From Balanoglossus misakiensis (taxonomy: Eukaryota > Animalia > Hemichordata): DNA of 64,000 bases. The notes beneath the pieces are model-generated. The model saw nothing but the letters and a program-made list of their open reading frames with translations. It searched no databases and was not told the DNA's origin. Shown piece by piece: positions 51,046-64,000 of this stretch. Each line of letters opens with the position of its first letter. Position 1 is the first letter of the stretch. The translations under genes and the position numbers were made by a program. The stretch is taken from the NCBI GenBank assembly GCA_040954595.2, contig CM082576.2, positions 16,477,028-16,541,027 of the forward strand, in the 5' to 3' direction.

Positions 51046-51639
51046 TTTGTTTATATTGTTCAATGTGTGTTTGTGTGTGTATGTATGCATATACCTGGGT
51101 ATGTATGTATTATGTATGTATATTTGTTTATGTGCCTGCGTGCTGTATAATGTATATTTGTATATTTGTGAGTGATCCAAATTACTTTGATTCTGTGGAG
51201 CGTCTTGATAAGCAGTTACTTATGACTGCCCAAACCTTTTCAGATTCTGCATGGCAAGACACCAATGTTTGTGTCTGGGCGTTTTGTTGTTGAACTTGTT
51301 ATCTTGGACTTCAGTAGTTGCATTGGGCATATGTGATTGCTATTCATTTTTTGTGGGTTTGAATTTCATGACTCTTTGGGTGTGTGGGAGTTCTGTGGTT
51401 GTATTTTGACAACTGCGATTGCCATGGCTGTATTTTGCTTGTATTTTTTTAATTTTCATGATGTTTGGGTGTCTGAACAAGTTCAGGGTTCATATTTGGT
51501 ATCTCCGATTTCCATGGTTGTATTTGTGAATTCCTATGTGTTCAGTAGGCCTCTGTCAATCGGTACCGGCCATAGATATTGTGCCAGAGAAAGTCATGAT
51601 GTTGCTAGTGACAGTGACAGCTGTAGCTTTTGGGTCCGA

Positions 51640-52925
51640 TGGCAGGAGTGGCAATCTCTGCCACATTTGCTGCAGATGTGGCTTGTTTGGGTATCTTCTG
51701 GGATGCGTGCCTTCTGCTTGGCTCTCTTTTCACTGGCTGTGGTCAGGATTTCTTCGTCTCCATGACTTCAGCTGCTTGTGAAGAACACTGCTATAACCTC
51801 TTCCCAATTCTTCGTGTTGATGTCCAGAGCTTTCATGTCACGCTTGCAGACATCTTTGTAGCCCAGATGGGGGCGACTGTCTCTTCTCTTGCTGGAGGAT
51901 GTCTTTGGGGATGCGTCCATACTCCATCCTTGCACATGGCCAAGCCACAATGTCTTGTCGACAGTTGTGGCTTTTGAGTCAGATGTGGGAGTGGCAATCT
52001 CTGCCACATTTGCTGCAGATGTGGCTTGTTTGGGTATCTTCTGGGATGCGTGCCTTCTGCTTGGCTCTCTTTTCACTGGCTGTGGTCAGGATTTCTTCCT
52101 CTCCCTGACTTCAGCTGCTTGTGAAGAACACTGCTATAACCTCTTCCCAATTCTTCGTGTTGATGTCCAGGGCTTTCATGTCACGCTTGCAGACATCTTT
52201 GTAGCCCAGATGGGGGCGACTGTCTCTTCTCTTGCTGGAGGATGTCTTTGGGGATGCGTCCATACTCCATCCTTGCACATGGCCAAGCCACCAATGTCTT
52301 GTCGACAGCTGGGGGAGTGGCAATCTCTGTCACATTTGCTGCAGATGTGGCTTGTTTGGGTATCTTCTGGGGTGCGTGCCTTCTGCTTGGCTCTCTTTTC
52401 ACTGGCTGTGGTCAGGATTTCTTCCTCTCCCTGACTTCAGCTGCTTGTGAAGAACACTGCACCATTTGCTGCGGTTGGCTGCTACCTCTTTCTAATTCTC
52501 CGTGTTGATGTCCAGGGGCTTTCATGTCACGCTTGCAGACATCTTTGTAGCCCAGATGGGGGCGACTGTCTCTTCTCTTGCTGGAGGATGTCTTTGGGGA
52601 TGCGTCCATACTCCATCCTTGCACATGGCCTAGCCACCGAATTCTGCATTACCTAAGCAGTGTGTGAATGTGGTAGGAAGACCTGCACGCTCTAGGACCT
52701 GGGCATTGGAATTTGTGTCACTTCCAGTGGATGCCAAGGATATAGCGAAGATAATGCAGATGGAAGCTGTTCAGTTTGCGCTCCTGTTTCGAGTTGGTCG
52801 TCCATGTTTTGCTGCCATTGAGGAGAGTGCTGACGGTACACACGTTGTACACTGCCATCTTGGTTGACGTCTGGGAGCTCCTCTGTGGTTTCTATCTGAT
52901 GAAGCAGGTTCACCATCCTTGCAGA
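51640..52925 (-). mobile_element. RTE-clade LINE 3' fragment with triplicated 3' end
   Basis: WLGHV, ARMEYGRIPKDIL, RPHLGYKDVCKRDMKALDIN and WE motifs typical of the RTE/BovB C-terminus. Three tandem ~330-345 bp copies. Confidence 0.85.
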
Positions 52926-53292
52926 AGAAGTCACAAGATTGCAGTCCCTCTTCAACTCATCTATATCTTTGCGCGCGCTGTCTTCGCTTCCTCCAATGTA
53001 CTTCCCCATATTATAAATAAAAAATATGTATGTGTGTGTGAATATTTTAACATTCTGTATATTTTTCCTCAGTGTTAGAGGATACGTCTTTAATGAAGTT
53101 TTCCCAATGGCTATAACAGATGAGAAGGTTTCAATTTGCAGTATTTTTGATAATACCATATGCATAGCATGACTAACTTGATTCGACGATGAAAAACTAT
53201 TGCAATAGATCCCTTCAAGTCCAATGTAGTTTCCTGGGATCAGTTCATTAGTCGCTTTTCGTATATACCGGTATATCATGTTTACTTGATAT

Positions 53293-53605
53293 TATATTAT
53301 ACCAGTATATTGATGGTGTAAATCACGCTATTTGATTGGTCGAGACACGACACGTGACCGTGATATATTAGCCATATACCACAGTCATATACCATGGTCA
53401 AAGAAAATGCCTTTTTAAAATGTTTTATGCAAAGTTTCAATATACTGGCATAATATAATAGCAATAAAACACCCCCAGCCATGGTATACCACTCGATTTT
53501 GACCAGTTCAACTCCATATACGCACTCGCTATCGCTCGTGCGTATATGTCGTGAACTGGTCAAAATCTCGTGGTATACCATGGCTGGGGGTGTTTTATTG
53601 CTTAA
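53293..53605. mobile_element. Non-autonomous repeat with terminal hairpin (family II)
   Basis: Palindrome 53461-53602. Near-identical inverted copy at 28701-29012. Confidence 0.85.
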
Positions 53606-53809
53606 ATAACATAGTTAAGATTTTGATATAAGATTTTTGATGTGTGTGTGTGTATGTTTGTTTTTGTTCAGATTATTTTACACATTTTTGCATACAGTGA
53701 AATCTGTCATTACGGACACCTCTCTAATTAAGATACCTCTCTATTAAGGACAGATATTCTGGTCCCAGAGGTCCTTAATAGACAGGTTTCATTGACAGGT
53801 TTCACTGTG

Positions 53810-54725
53810 CATATGCATTGTGTGAGTATTTACAGTCCGTTGATTTTATTGACGAAAATTTCCTTCATAAAAACACAAATAATGTGTTTGCAGGAGCCAT
53901 ATATGTATAATTGTTTTGTTTTGTTTGTATTTCAGGGGGGGGGGGGGTTATAAAAGCAGTAAATTCGCTCATAAATTGAATGGCATGGAGATCATGCATC
54001 GTGGCTTACAGGCAACACATTATTTACACTTTTTGAACAATAAAAACTTTTCAATATGATATTTACTTCTTTTAAACATTTTCTATATTTTATACACGTT
54101 CAGTTATTAAACATTTGAACATTCATCTTTTTCCTCAATGTTTGGGGGTCTTTAATGAACTTTTTCCGATGGCTTTATCAGAGGAGATTTTAATTTGATT
54201 TTGCTTGACATAGTCAAGTATTTAATTATATTTGAACACTTTTGATGTGTCTGTGTGTGTGTTTGTGTACAGATTTTTTTACACATTCATGCATGCATAT
54301 GCATTGTCTGAGTGTTTACAGTCCTTTGATTTGATTGGTGAAAATTTTATTTATAAAAACATAAATAATGTGTTTGCAGAAGCCATATATTCATATTTGA
54401 TAATTTTTTGTTTTTATTTCAGGGGGGGGGGGGGCATAAAAGCAGTAAATTCGCTCATAAATTGATTGGCATGGAGATCATGCATCATGGCTTACAGGCA
54501 ACACATTATTTAGACTTTTTGAACAATAAAAAACTTTTCAATGTGATATTTACTTCTTTTTAAAAAGTTTTCTATATTTTATACACATACAGTTTTCAGT
54601 TGTTATACATTTAAACATTCATCTTTTTCCTCAATGTTTGGGGGGTCTTTAATGAACTTTTTCCAATAGCTTTATCAGATGAGATTTTTAATTTGCTTTT
54701 ACTTGACATTGTCAAGTATTTAATA
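53810..54725. repeat. Tandem duplication, ~490 bp period
   Basis: ~53810-54228 is repeated at ~54296-54725. Confidence 0.85.
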
Positions 54726-55514
54726 TTATGATTTACTGAGAACACTTTATTTGTTCAGTGATGAACTATTATAATTTGTCAGTTTTACTTGAAACAATAC
54801 AAAATTTAGCTTGATGCCAGTTAGCAAGTTCATTTGAAAGTTAGATTTTCAAGAGGCATTTATTTAAATACAATCGTTTGTGAATCTGTATACCTACGCT
54901 TTCCCAGAGGGTTTCCCTTACTTGAATAAAAAAGGGTTTTACCTCTGGGTTTTGGTGCGGGGTAAATTTTCAGTTCATCCAATAAAGTACATGAACCGCT
55001 ACTCATGTAAAAGTAATCTGTATTGTGTATGTGTATAAATTTGAATGTGGTATTTGGTATGCAGGCTTGTTGGAGTAGGTATGGAGACTAAACTAGAGTG
55101 GGTTATGTGACTATATGTGTAGAGAGCTAGTGGATTTTGTGCTGCCATCAACAGTATAAACTTGGAAATGGTAGCATGTAGCCCATGTGATAGTTGATGT
55201 GTAGATGTGATGTGGTACATACGTGGCAGGATGTGAACTTGTCAACATGAAAGTGCGAATCCACATGGAAACCTAAAAAAATGGAAAAATACACTATCAC
55301 CCTCTGGGAAGCTGAAGTCAGAGGGAGTGAAACACATGTTGTGTATGTGGAATGTTGGTGGAGAGCAACATTAGTGGAATAGCTAATCCAAGTAGCAACA
55401 GGGTGCTTTCCGGTCACTTGGAAGGAAGGGTGGCCTTGGCAACACAGAGATATAATCAAAAAGTTTAACATGTACAATTTGGAGGGGACAGTTGTGGACA
55501 TCCGCCAATGTGAT

Positions 55515-55975
55515 ATGGTCAGTGTCAAAAGGTCGCTGACCCCCTCCCCCCCCCCCAAAAAAAAAATGCAGATGCCATAAGCAACACACAGAAATAAACA
55601 AGTACCATTTGGAGAATGGTCAGTTAGGGACATCTACAAATTTGATATCAATGGATATGGTGTGTGTCAAAAGGTCGCTGACCCCCTCCCCCCCCCCCCA
55701 AAAAAAAAAATGCAGATGCCATAAGCAACACACAGAAATAAACAAGTACCATTTGGAGAATGGTCAGTTAGGGACATCTACAAATTTGATATCAATGGAT
55801 ATGGTGTGTGTCAAAAGGTCGCTGACCCCCTCCCCCCCCCAAAAGAAAATGCAGATGCCATAAGCAACACACAGAAATAAACAAGTACCATTTGGAGAAT
55901 GGTCAGTTAGGGACATCTACAAATTTGATATCAATGGATATGGTGTGTGTCAAAAGGTCGCTGACCCCCTCCCCC
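55515..55975. repeat. Tandem repeat, ~145 bp unit, about 3 copies
   Basis: GTGTCAAAAGGTCGCTGACCCCCTCCCC occurs four times at ~143-146 bp spacing. Confidence 0.92.
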
Positions 55976-56423
55976 TGAGATGGGGATGGCTTTGGCAACA
56001 CAGAGAAATGGTCAAAAGTTTGCCTTTCCAACAATATATAGCTTGTTGGAATAAAGAAATTTCTATAAACTGTACACATTGTCTGAACAAAAATATGGAG
56101 GAGGACACTACACCAGTTCCTTGCCCACCGGGGGCCTTGTACCACACTGACTTCAGGACGCCCGAATGTACGACCAGCGCATGCGCGCACCCATTAGACA
56201 ATAGGCGTTCCCAATTTTTGTTCCCGATTTTTCCCTATTTCCGTCGATGTTTTATCTAGTTGTTTACGCATACCTTTAGTTATGAAAAGAAATAGGCTTC
56301 CGTTGAGTTTATAGTCGCAGAAATTCAAACAATCTTTACCTACGGCACAAGGTCGCGTGCTGTGTGTACGTGTGTGTTTTTAACTTTGACATTTATAGTC
56401 TTCTTAATTTTTGTCGTCCATAA

Positions 56424-57413
56424 GGCTGCATTCACAAACACCTCTGGATGGGGGGGGGAGAATTGAGGGGGGATTTGAAAAAAATTTAGGGTATGTAAAG
56501 GGGGGATTTGAAATAATTTAGGGACTGAAAGGGGGGGACTTGAAAACTTTGACGACTAAAAATTTATTTTGAGTCCACAAAAATGCAGTTTCGCGCCCTT
56601 TATTTTACAAAATTTTCTAATTTTCTAATGTTCACACCCACCCCCTCCATTCATCAACACCTTTCAATCATTGACTGGTTTATCTAGTGTCCCAGGTCAG
56701 GGGACTTGCCCCCACCGCATGATAACTTTGAGCGGCGACGGTTAAATTTGTCCTCCCCAACATAACGGTCGTTGAGTTAATTTGCTTTTGCTGGGTTTAT
56801 TAAAATGCAGCTTTGAGCTCTGTATTTTATAAAATTTTCTTACGTGGGAGGGGGACACACCCACCCCCTCCATTCTTCAACACCTTTCAATCATTGACTG
56901 GTTTATCTAGTGTCCCAGGTCAGGGGACTTGCCCCACCCCATGATAACTTTGAGCGGCGACGGTTAAATTTGTCCTCCCCAACATACCGGTAGTTGAGTT
57001 AATTTGTTTTTGCCGGGTTCATTAAAATGCACCTTTGAGCTCTGTATTTTAGAAAATTTTCTTACGTGGGAGGGGGACACCCCCTCCCAAACCCACCCCT
57101 TCAATTCTCGGTTTACAATGTCTCCCAACACAGAATACAAATATATGTACTTAAAAAATAAAAACAATGAACAGATTCAGTTTCAAATTCTTTTCATGGG
57201 AGCGCTGTTTTTCTTTTTACAAGATAGATAGGTGATGTGTTTTGCTCTGTGAAAGAAAATGGGGGGGGGGGATTTCAAAATTTTGGCAGTTCGGAAAGGG
57301 GGGGGGGTTTGAAAATATTGGCAGTTCGGAAGGGGGGCATGTGAAAATTAGCGGTAAAAAAAATTGAATTCTCCCGCCCCCCCCCCCCTCCAGAGGTGTT
57401 TGTGAATGCAGCC
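56424..57413. mobile_element. PIF/Harbinger-type MITE
   Basis: Perfect 25 bp TIR GGCTGCATTCACAAACACCTCTGGA, TAA on both flanks, internal ~225 bp tandem duplication. Confidence 0.92.
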
Positions 57414-58365
57414 TAAGCTATAGTCGCTCCATGGGCAACCGTGATACAAATTACCAGTCGGGCGCAGAAATTCAAGCAGTCTTCATTACATTATTTTTAA
57501 ACTTTCCTATTAGGCCTAAATAGTCTACTTATTTTTTGTCGTCATAAACATCAACTTCTTTCTTTCTTTAAATTCATGGTTTCTATAACTTCCTCAATTC
57601 CACGATCATTCAAGTTTTTTTTTTTTTTTTGCAGAACATAGCAAAACCAAACCGTTCGCTCTCGTGTTGTTTGCGTGTGTTAGTAGACTAAAGCTTCGTT
57701 TGGGTAAATAGTCACAGAAACTCAAGCGGCTTTCAATTTTTGGTTTTTAAGTCCAATTTGGTGTATGATGTTAATATACCATTGGGACCTTATGGGGTCG
57801 GTTACATCTGTATGTCATAAACGTCAAAATTTCTTTTTTTTTAAATTCATCATTCAAGTGTTTTGCATAACATACCAAGACAAACCCGTTCCCTCCAATA
57901 TAAGATAGGGACGGTAATTATTTGCAATAGGGGCCTAATAAACAGAGGATGGTCTAAAAGATATCGTTGGTGGTGCTATCCCGGACAGCCAGGGTCACGA
58001 TGGGGTCACGCACGTCTATGATACCGCAAACAAGTCAACTCCACGCTAAATTCAACCTGTCCGCCGGACTTTTAACTTTTTTACTATCAGTCTGATGGAA
58101 AAACAACCAGTCTCGGACTGTCGGACAGGCGTTATTTCGAACACTGTGTTTTGCATAACATACCAAGACAAACCCTTCTCTCCAATATAGGCCTTAGATA
58201 GGGACGGTCGATCGGCCACACAAATTATCAGGTCATTATTTCTCCACTGATGGTCACTTCAGCTGGCCACGTACACAAATTATCGTGCCGCGTGCTCTGT
58301 GTGTACGCCTATGTGTTAGTGAAGCATCCGTTTGCTTAATAATCGTAGAAATTCAAGCAATCTTT

Positions 58366-58485
58366 GCCTACGGCCATACCACGTCGAATACACCGGTTCT
58401 TGTCCGATCACCGAAGTTAAGCTGCGTTGGGCGTGGTTAGTACTTGGATGGGTGACCGCCTGGGAATACCACGTGCCGTAGGCTT
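58366..58485 (+). rRNA. 5S rRNA: 5S rRNA gene
   Basis: 120 nt GCCTACGGCCATACCAC...GTCCGATCACCGAAGTTAAGC...TTAGTACTTGGATGGGTGACCGCCTGGGAATACC...GCCGTAGGCTT. Helix I ends are complementary, box A and box C are present, and T-runs follow. Confidence 0.97.
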
Positions 58486-58489
58486 GAAC

Positions 58490-58500
58490 TTTTCCTTTTT
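58490..58500 (+). terminator. Pol III oligo-T terminator of 5S
   Basis: TTTTCCTTTTT just downstream of the 5S 3' end. Confidence 0.7.
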
Positions 58501-59944
58501 CTTAACTTTTGCATTAAACAGTCTTCCTTTTTTGTCATCGTAAACGTCCATTTTTAATTAATTTTTTTTCTCCAAATTCTTTAATTCCATGATCATTTAT
58601 TTTTGTTGAACATAACTTCATAAACCGTTCTCTCCTGTATAGGTCTAAGCTATAGTCGCTCGATGGACAACATACAAATTACCAGGTCGGGCTCGGAGTG
58701 AGTAGTGTCCAGCTTACGTTGAGTTCATTGTCGCAGAAATTCAAGCAGTCTTCATTACATTATTTTTAAACTTTCCTATTAGGCCTAAATAGTCTACTTA
58801 TTTTTTGTCGTCATAAACATCAACTTCTTTCTTTCTTTCTTTAAATTCATGATTTCTATAACTACCTCAATTCCACGATCATTCGTTCAAGTTTTTTTGC
58901 AGAACATAGCAAAACAAAACCGTTCGCTCTCGTGCTCATAAACGTCAATTGCTGTTTTTAAATTCATCATTCAAGTGTTTTGCATAACAAGACAAACCCG
59001 TTCCCTCCTAAATAGTCTTCTTATTTTTTTGTCGTCATAAACGTCAACTTCTTTCTTTCAACGCGCGCCAACAGAAAGTAACTTATGAAGATTAAACCCA
59101 GGTGTCAGTGGCTGCATATTGTCACGAACCGTCACCGCCACTGGACCAATTCAAGGTCAGGCATTAGTTCAATCAAACAGTGAATTTTATCCAGTCTAAA
59201 ACCAATTTGACCAAATATTAAAAATGTCGCACCAGTTGGATCAAACGCTGATTTTTACCCAGTCTAAATTCTGTCATGGTTGACCTGGCTCTGTGGAAAA
59301 CATCATGCAACCGGCCGTAAGAAAACATGTGATGCATTCTTTAATTAATTTCTTCAAGTTCAGTATGTATATTTTAGAATGCACTCAATTGGGGATAGCT
59401 TGCCTCCTAAAATACTAGAAAATACTAGTATTTTAAACACAGAATATACTGTACACTTCACAAGTTTAATAGTCATTGTCAAAAATATGAGCGGAGATCT
59501 ACTGGCATAGGCCTACTTCGTTTAATACAAATGTCGCCGATGGCGGCAGCTCAAGATCACTGGATAAATGTATTACAGAACTATTTGGCCTCTCTGGAAG
59601 TAAACAGTTTTTCTATTTTGAAGCGCAGAGACGAAAACTGACTGGCAACATCTCCCCCCTCCCTCTCCCCCGGAAATCCTCCACTCCCCCCCCCAAAATA
59701 TCAAAAGGTCCAACCCTAAAATACTACATGTATTGCCAAAAGCGCAAGGCCTAATCACGGTAACTACACGACCGTTTATGGAGTGACCGTGCTCTAATGT
59801 ACATTTGTTGTAGAACTGTAGCGTATAGCGCGTAGTGTTGCCTGGTATTGTTTGTGGCCTGCAAACCTTGGCGTTGCAGTTCTGAATCTGTATCCATTGA
59901 AAATGCAGTAAAGGGAATTCCGTCAGCCTCGTTTTCAAACTAAA

Positions 59945-60000
59945 ATCCTCCATGCGCAAATGATGTGCGCATAGGTTGTTCCGCCATGTTTTGAAGGTGG
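59945..60000 (+). promoter_or_regulatory. Candidate RALGAPB proximal promoter
   Basis: NRF1-like CATGCGCA/TGCGCAT and YY1-like CCGCCATGTT (59981-59990), about 110 bp upstream of the ATG in a CpG-rich patch. Confidence 0.5.
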
Positions 60001-60102
60001 ACCCCAGAGCTGGAGTGCATCATGTAAACATTGGGAACACTCTTCGTGTTGGCGATATTTTTTCATAATTTACATGCGACAAATGAAACGGGGCGTTTCA
60101 TC

Positions 60103-60318
60103 ATGTATTCCGAATGGGCTTCACTGCAGACTGCCATCCAGAATGATAAAAACAACTACAGTGTTCTCGATAGCTACCCGTCTGTCGTAGGAAGAGAAGT
60201 GGCGGTGGCAGTCGTCAAACACTTGGCTTCATCTTTGAGTATTGCAAATATCAGCGCCAATGCATCAGTCAAAGAGAGTGGTTTGGAGACTGAAAAACAG
60301 GTTCACTGGACAATGGAA
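60103..60318 (+). CDS. RALGAPB: RALGAPB coding exon 1
   Basis: 216 nt, MYSEW...WTME|GTAAGT. Confidence 0.95.
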
Positions 60319-63300
60319 GTAAGTGTCATAAACTTAGGATAGTAAACATATTTATTGAGTGTGCGACCTGCAGGTCACCTCACTGTCACATCCATTTCCA
60401 ATATTTATTTTGCACGCCCTGTTAAAATTTTCGATTATGAATGATCGCTGACCATATGAGCTTTTGTTGCTGCGATCGCGATGGACGCAACTTTCTGTGT
60501 TTGGAACCCCCTTCCAACGCAAGTAGCGTAAGGAATGGTGGGCTACGAAACCCTCGCAAACGTTGCTGGTTGCCAGACTATAGGCGTAGACACGGTCACA
60601 CCACCATCAAGACCGGATAGAATCAGTGCATTAGGTCATTTAGGATTAATGTCTTCTATGAAATTAGTGTTTTGTCACGGTCATCATATCAACAAGTGGC
60701 GGATAGATGTGACAAAATGCTGTAACCATTAGGTTGTGCAAATGCAGCGAGGGCACAAATGGAAGTGGTGTCATCCCTGCCACGCCCACTATTTTCGTAT
60801 GGGGGTGTGGCCTCAATCCCTAGTATAGAACATCAGCCCTTGTGTGAAGCTGGTATACGTAGCTGGCTTGCGTGGCAATAGCTGCAATGATTGTAGCGGG
60901 TGCTGCTAGGTTGACTGGTGTGTTCGCAGCATAATGCTGCGAACACACCGGTCAACCTAGCAGCACCCGCTACAATCTTTGCAGCTAGCCTGGCAATTGT
61001 GTCTGGACGGATGGTTTTGCCATCCACACACAATTACAAATTTACCAGGCAAAACCTCGAGCTACGGTTCTGAAGCTACCCATGTTTGATGCTTCCACAC
61101 CAGGTATGTGTGTTCCTGGAACACACACGACACAGACCTGTTACGCAGGGCCACCCCCAAATATAATATGGACACATTGTTAGGGATTTCTTCTTCTTGT
61201 CAAAATTTAGGATATATACCCTTTGATCAGTTGCATGTTAAGGTTTTTCAAAAGCACTGGGACGTTTCCTCGGCCAATATGTACATATTCATTGATATTA
61301 TCATTGATTCATGTCTACCAGTGTGTCCTCTAAGCCCATGTGACGTGCCACTGACTCAACAAACACACTGGAGTGATGACTGTAGTCTTGATTACCCAGA
61401 CCCCTCTGCTTCTTCCGCTCCGCTCTAGAAAAAGAGTCTGGGGAAATACTATAGAACGATATGTAAAACAAAATGGCCATGCACTGTCAGGATTTCGGAC
61501 AGCCGCTGATTGGCTGATCTGTCAGTATGACCTGGGTCACTGCAACCAGACTACAATGTTCACCAGCAAGTACCAGTCTCTTGATGTGACAAGGCAACTC
61601 ACACATTGCCAAGAGTCATTTACTTCATGTTGCATCGCTATTTTAGTATAGTCGAGTTGCAGTGACCTAGGTACATCATACATGCACCATGAAGAGGGTG
61701 ACAAAACCAATGATCTATTCCCTTTACCTTCAGGTTATATGTTTTGGTCTGAGTCTCCCTCTTACTGAGCATGATGCCATTAGAGATTGTGTCAACATTT
61801 ACTGTGAGTGGCTGTCGGTCTTAACCCACCCAAAGCCAAGTATTCCTGAACCAATATCAATGGATCCCAATCCTTACTGCCAGCAAATGTTTCACCATCT
61901 GGTCAACTTGTTTGATCCAAGAGAGGGAGGTAAGTACAATATGTTCTATTGAGGTGAAGCCGGACTAATTTGGAGTCAGGATCTATCGTGATAACTTGAA
62001 CGAGTTTGGAGGTTAAAGCCCTTATAGCTGCCAAACTTCACATATTTTTTGCCACAGTAAAATACTTCAAATTGATTCCCTATCCTCTAAAATCCTCACC
62101 ATTATGCCATATTACTTGCATTTGCATCAGTTTGTCATCTCTTGGCGACGGATATCACGATAGCTGTGACTGTTTGTATAGAGGCTGATTAAATCAGTAT
62201 GGCACCTGTTTAATACATAGCGTATTCAAATTGCACATACAGCCACAATCGGGCATCGATAAGGTGTTCATGTATCAGTAAGCTTATTTAGATGGGCCAA
62301 TTTAAGTTGTAAAATAAAATCATGAAAATAAGGCAAATAGTGGCAGTTCTAGAGGCTTTAATACTACTCAGAGTGGCAGCACTCGGGCCGTAACATTTCC
62401 TGCATTCTGGACCCATATGTGAATTGGATATTGAAATGCATCATCCATAAAGTAGCTTTCCAGTTGTATGACATTCAGAAAATTAGTTACCCGATGCATT
62501 TTCAACCCTACAGAATAAGTAAGAGTACAATTCTATGTCAAACTTTTAGAAGTCCATTGCCTATTTCTATCAGATTTCCTTCGTAGAAAATCACAATTTG
62601 CATTTAAGGGTCAAAGTCTCGGTTTTTGATATTTCTGTGATATCAAGAAATCAGGGATACTTGCATAATGCCATTCGCTGTGCAATGTAATGTCACTGCA
62701 TAACCTAAAAAAGAGTCAGAAATCACCCCTTTTTTGTATAAAAATGGTATATCTAGAAGAAATGAACTACTTGTCTCAAAGTCTGTTTTTTTGACAAATA
62801 AGCTATAGTACACGCATAGCAGATATTGAGTACAGTTCAGCATGCTTCAAGTAGTCAAACAACTGGAACAACATTTCATATCGAACAAATTTCATGAAAA
62901 AAAACACTCAAAAAAGAGAGACTGTTGTACATGTTGTTTGTTGGTTAGGTGAAACCAAGAAGCAAATAATCCTCTGTCACCGAGTGTTGAGAACAGTACA
63001 GACAGTGGCGAAAGAGAGTGATCGGATGTCTAGACAAACCTGGGAGGTACTTCTACAATTTCTGTTGTCTATCAACGACAAGATATTGGCACCACCCACA
63101 GAACCAGGTAAGTTACATAGTTGTCTATACTTCTCTTCAATATATCCTTTGTTTGTCAGTGTACCAGATTCATTGCGTTGACTCACTCACTCTCACAGAA
63201 CAAGAAACTAGTTGTTGCACAGGCGAAAGTACTGGATAAGAATCATTAAAAATTCTTAATATCGAAGGGGGAATGAATAAAAGTGAGACAGTTAAACTGT

Positions 63301-63737
63301 TATTATAAAGCTGTATGTATATTTCAAACATAAGAAGAACATTTAATAAAAAGATAATATGGGAACGTCTTAAATGGTTGAAGTGCTATAACAATTATCA
63401 TGGTACATGTATATTAGATGACATTGTAAAAAAAGTTTATTAAAATAATGTCAAATGTACTGGTACACTTACATTTGCCTGACCTTGACTTTCACTTCTA
63501 CAGATGGCTTAGCACAGCAGCTTTGTGACAGACTTGTAAGCGTACTCTTTGAGATCTGGTTGTTGGCATGTGCCAGGTGCTTCCCGTCTCCGCCACTGTG
63601 GAAAACCCTGAGAGATATGTGTAGTACTTGGAGACATCATGTTTCATTGGTCGATCAGTGGAACAGAGTGAACAAGGTGCTGACATCAAGGATGCTCAAG
63701 TTTCTGCATGGTCCAAATTTTCCAGAATTGAAAGTGG
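60103..63737 (+). CDS. RALGAPB: Ral GTPase-activating protein subunit beta, first four coding exons (continues past the window)
   Basis: Exons 60103-60318, 61734-61929, 62949-63107 and 63504-63737, GT-AG with consistent phases. MYSEWASL...[15 protein letters not shown]...[14 protein letters not shown]...[17 protein letters not shown]...[17 protein letters not shown]...WRHH matches the RALGAPB N-terminus as I recall it. Confidence 0.96.
61734..61929 (+). CDS. RALGAPB: RALGAPB coding exon 2
   Basis: 196 nt, [10 protein letters not shown]...NLFDPREG. Confidence 0.95.
62949..63107 (+). CDS. RALGAPB: RALGAPB coding exon 3
   Basis: 159 nt, [10 protein letters not shown]...LAPPTEP. Confidence 0.93.
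63504..63737 (+). CDS. RALGAPB: RALGAPB coding exon 4
   Basis: 234 nt, DGLAQQL...GPNFPELKV. Confidence 0.95.
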
Positions 63738-64000
63738 GTAAGTATTCGTAGAATCAGTCGTGCATGTCATTGCTTTTGGCCAGTCCCTCAGCTATGTAAT
63801 TTAGGATAGAAAACCCAATCTTTCTTTTTAAGTGGGACTGGAAGATAGTATATCCATCGATGTAAAAAGTATGGGCCGCTCTGAAAGGTCTGGAGTCTGG
63901 GAAGAAAACTGTGGGGTTCACATGATTCCTGGAATTATTGATGAATTTTAATTTACACTACTTGTATAAAATACAGGAGGCAGGATATCCTCAGCAGCTA

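Overview
AT-rich, intron-containing animal genomic DNA. It looks like a marine invertebrate, but the species cannot be read from the sequence. Well-supported genes are a complete 9-coding-exon organic anion transporter (SLCO/OATP, minus strand, 24002-30738, 697 aa, two GC-AG introns), the first four coding exons of RALGAPB (plus strand, from 60103, running off the window) and one 5S rRNA gene (58366-58485) among degenerate spacer copies. On the left is a damaged lectin-type locus: a C-type lectin-like remnant, a fibrinogen-domain gene whose last exon is cut off by a transposon end, and six related ~250-300 bp cassettes, partly inside a tandem segmental duplication whose two copies took different insertions. 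The rest is mostly transposon-derived: a 5'-truncated LINE, RTE, Gypsy and hAT remnants, Harbinger and Tc1-type MITEs, long-TIR Academ-like elements and Helentron-like elements. The two most unusual signals are three families of hairpin elements sharing strand-specific GA/GA mismatches and G..A loops, and the cassette array with conserved internal pairing and complementary flanks upstream of the fibrinogen-domain exons. All calls were made by eye, without database searches.
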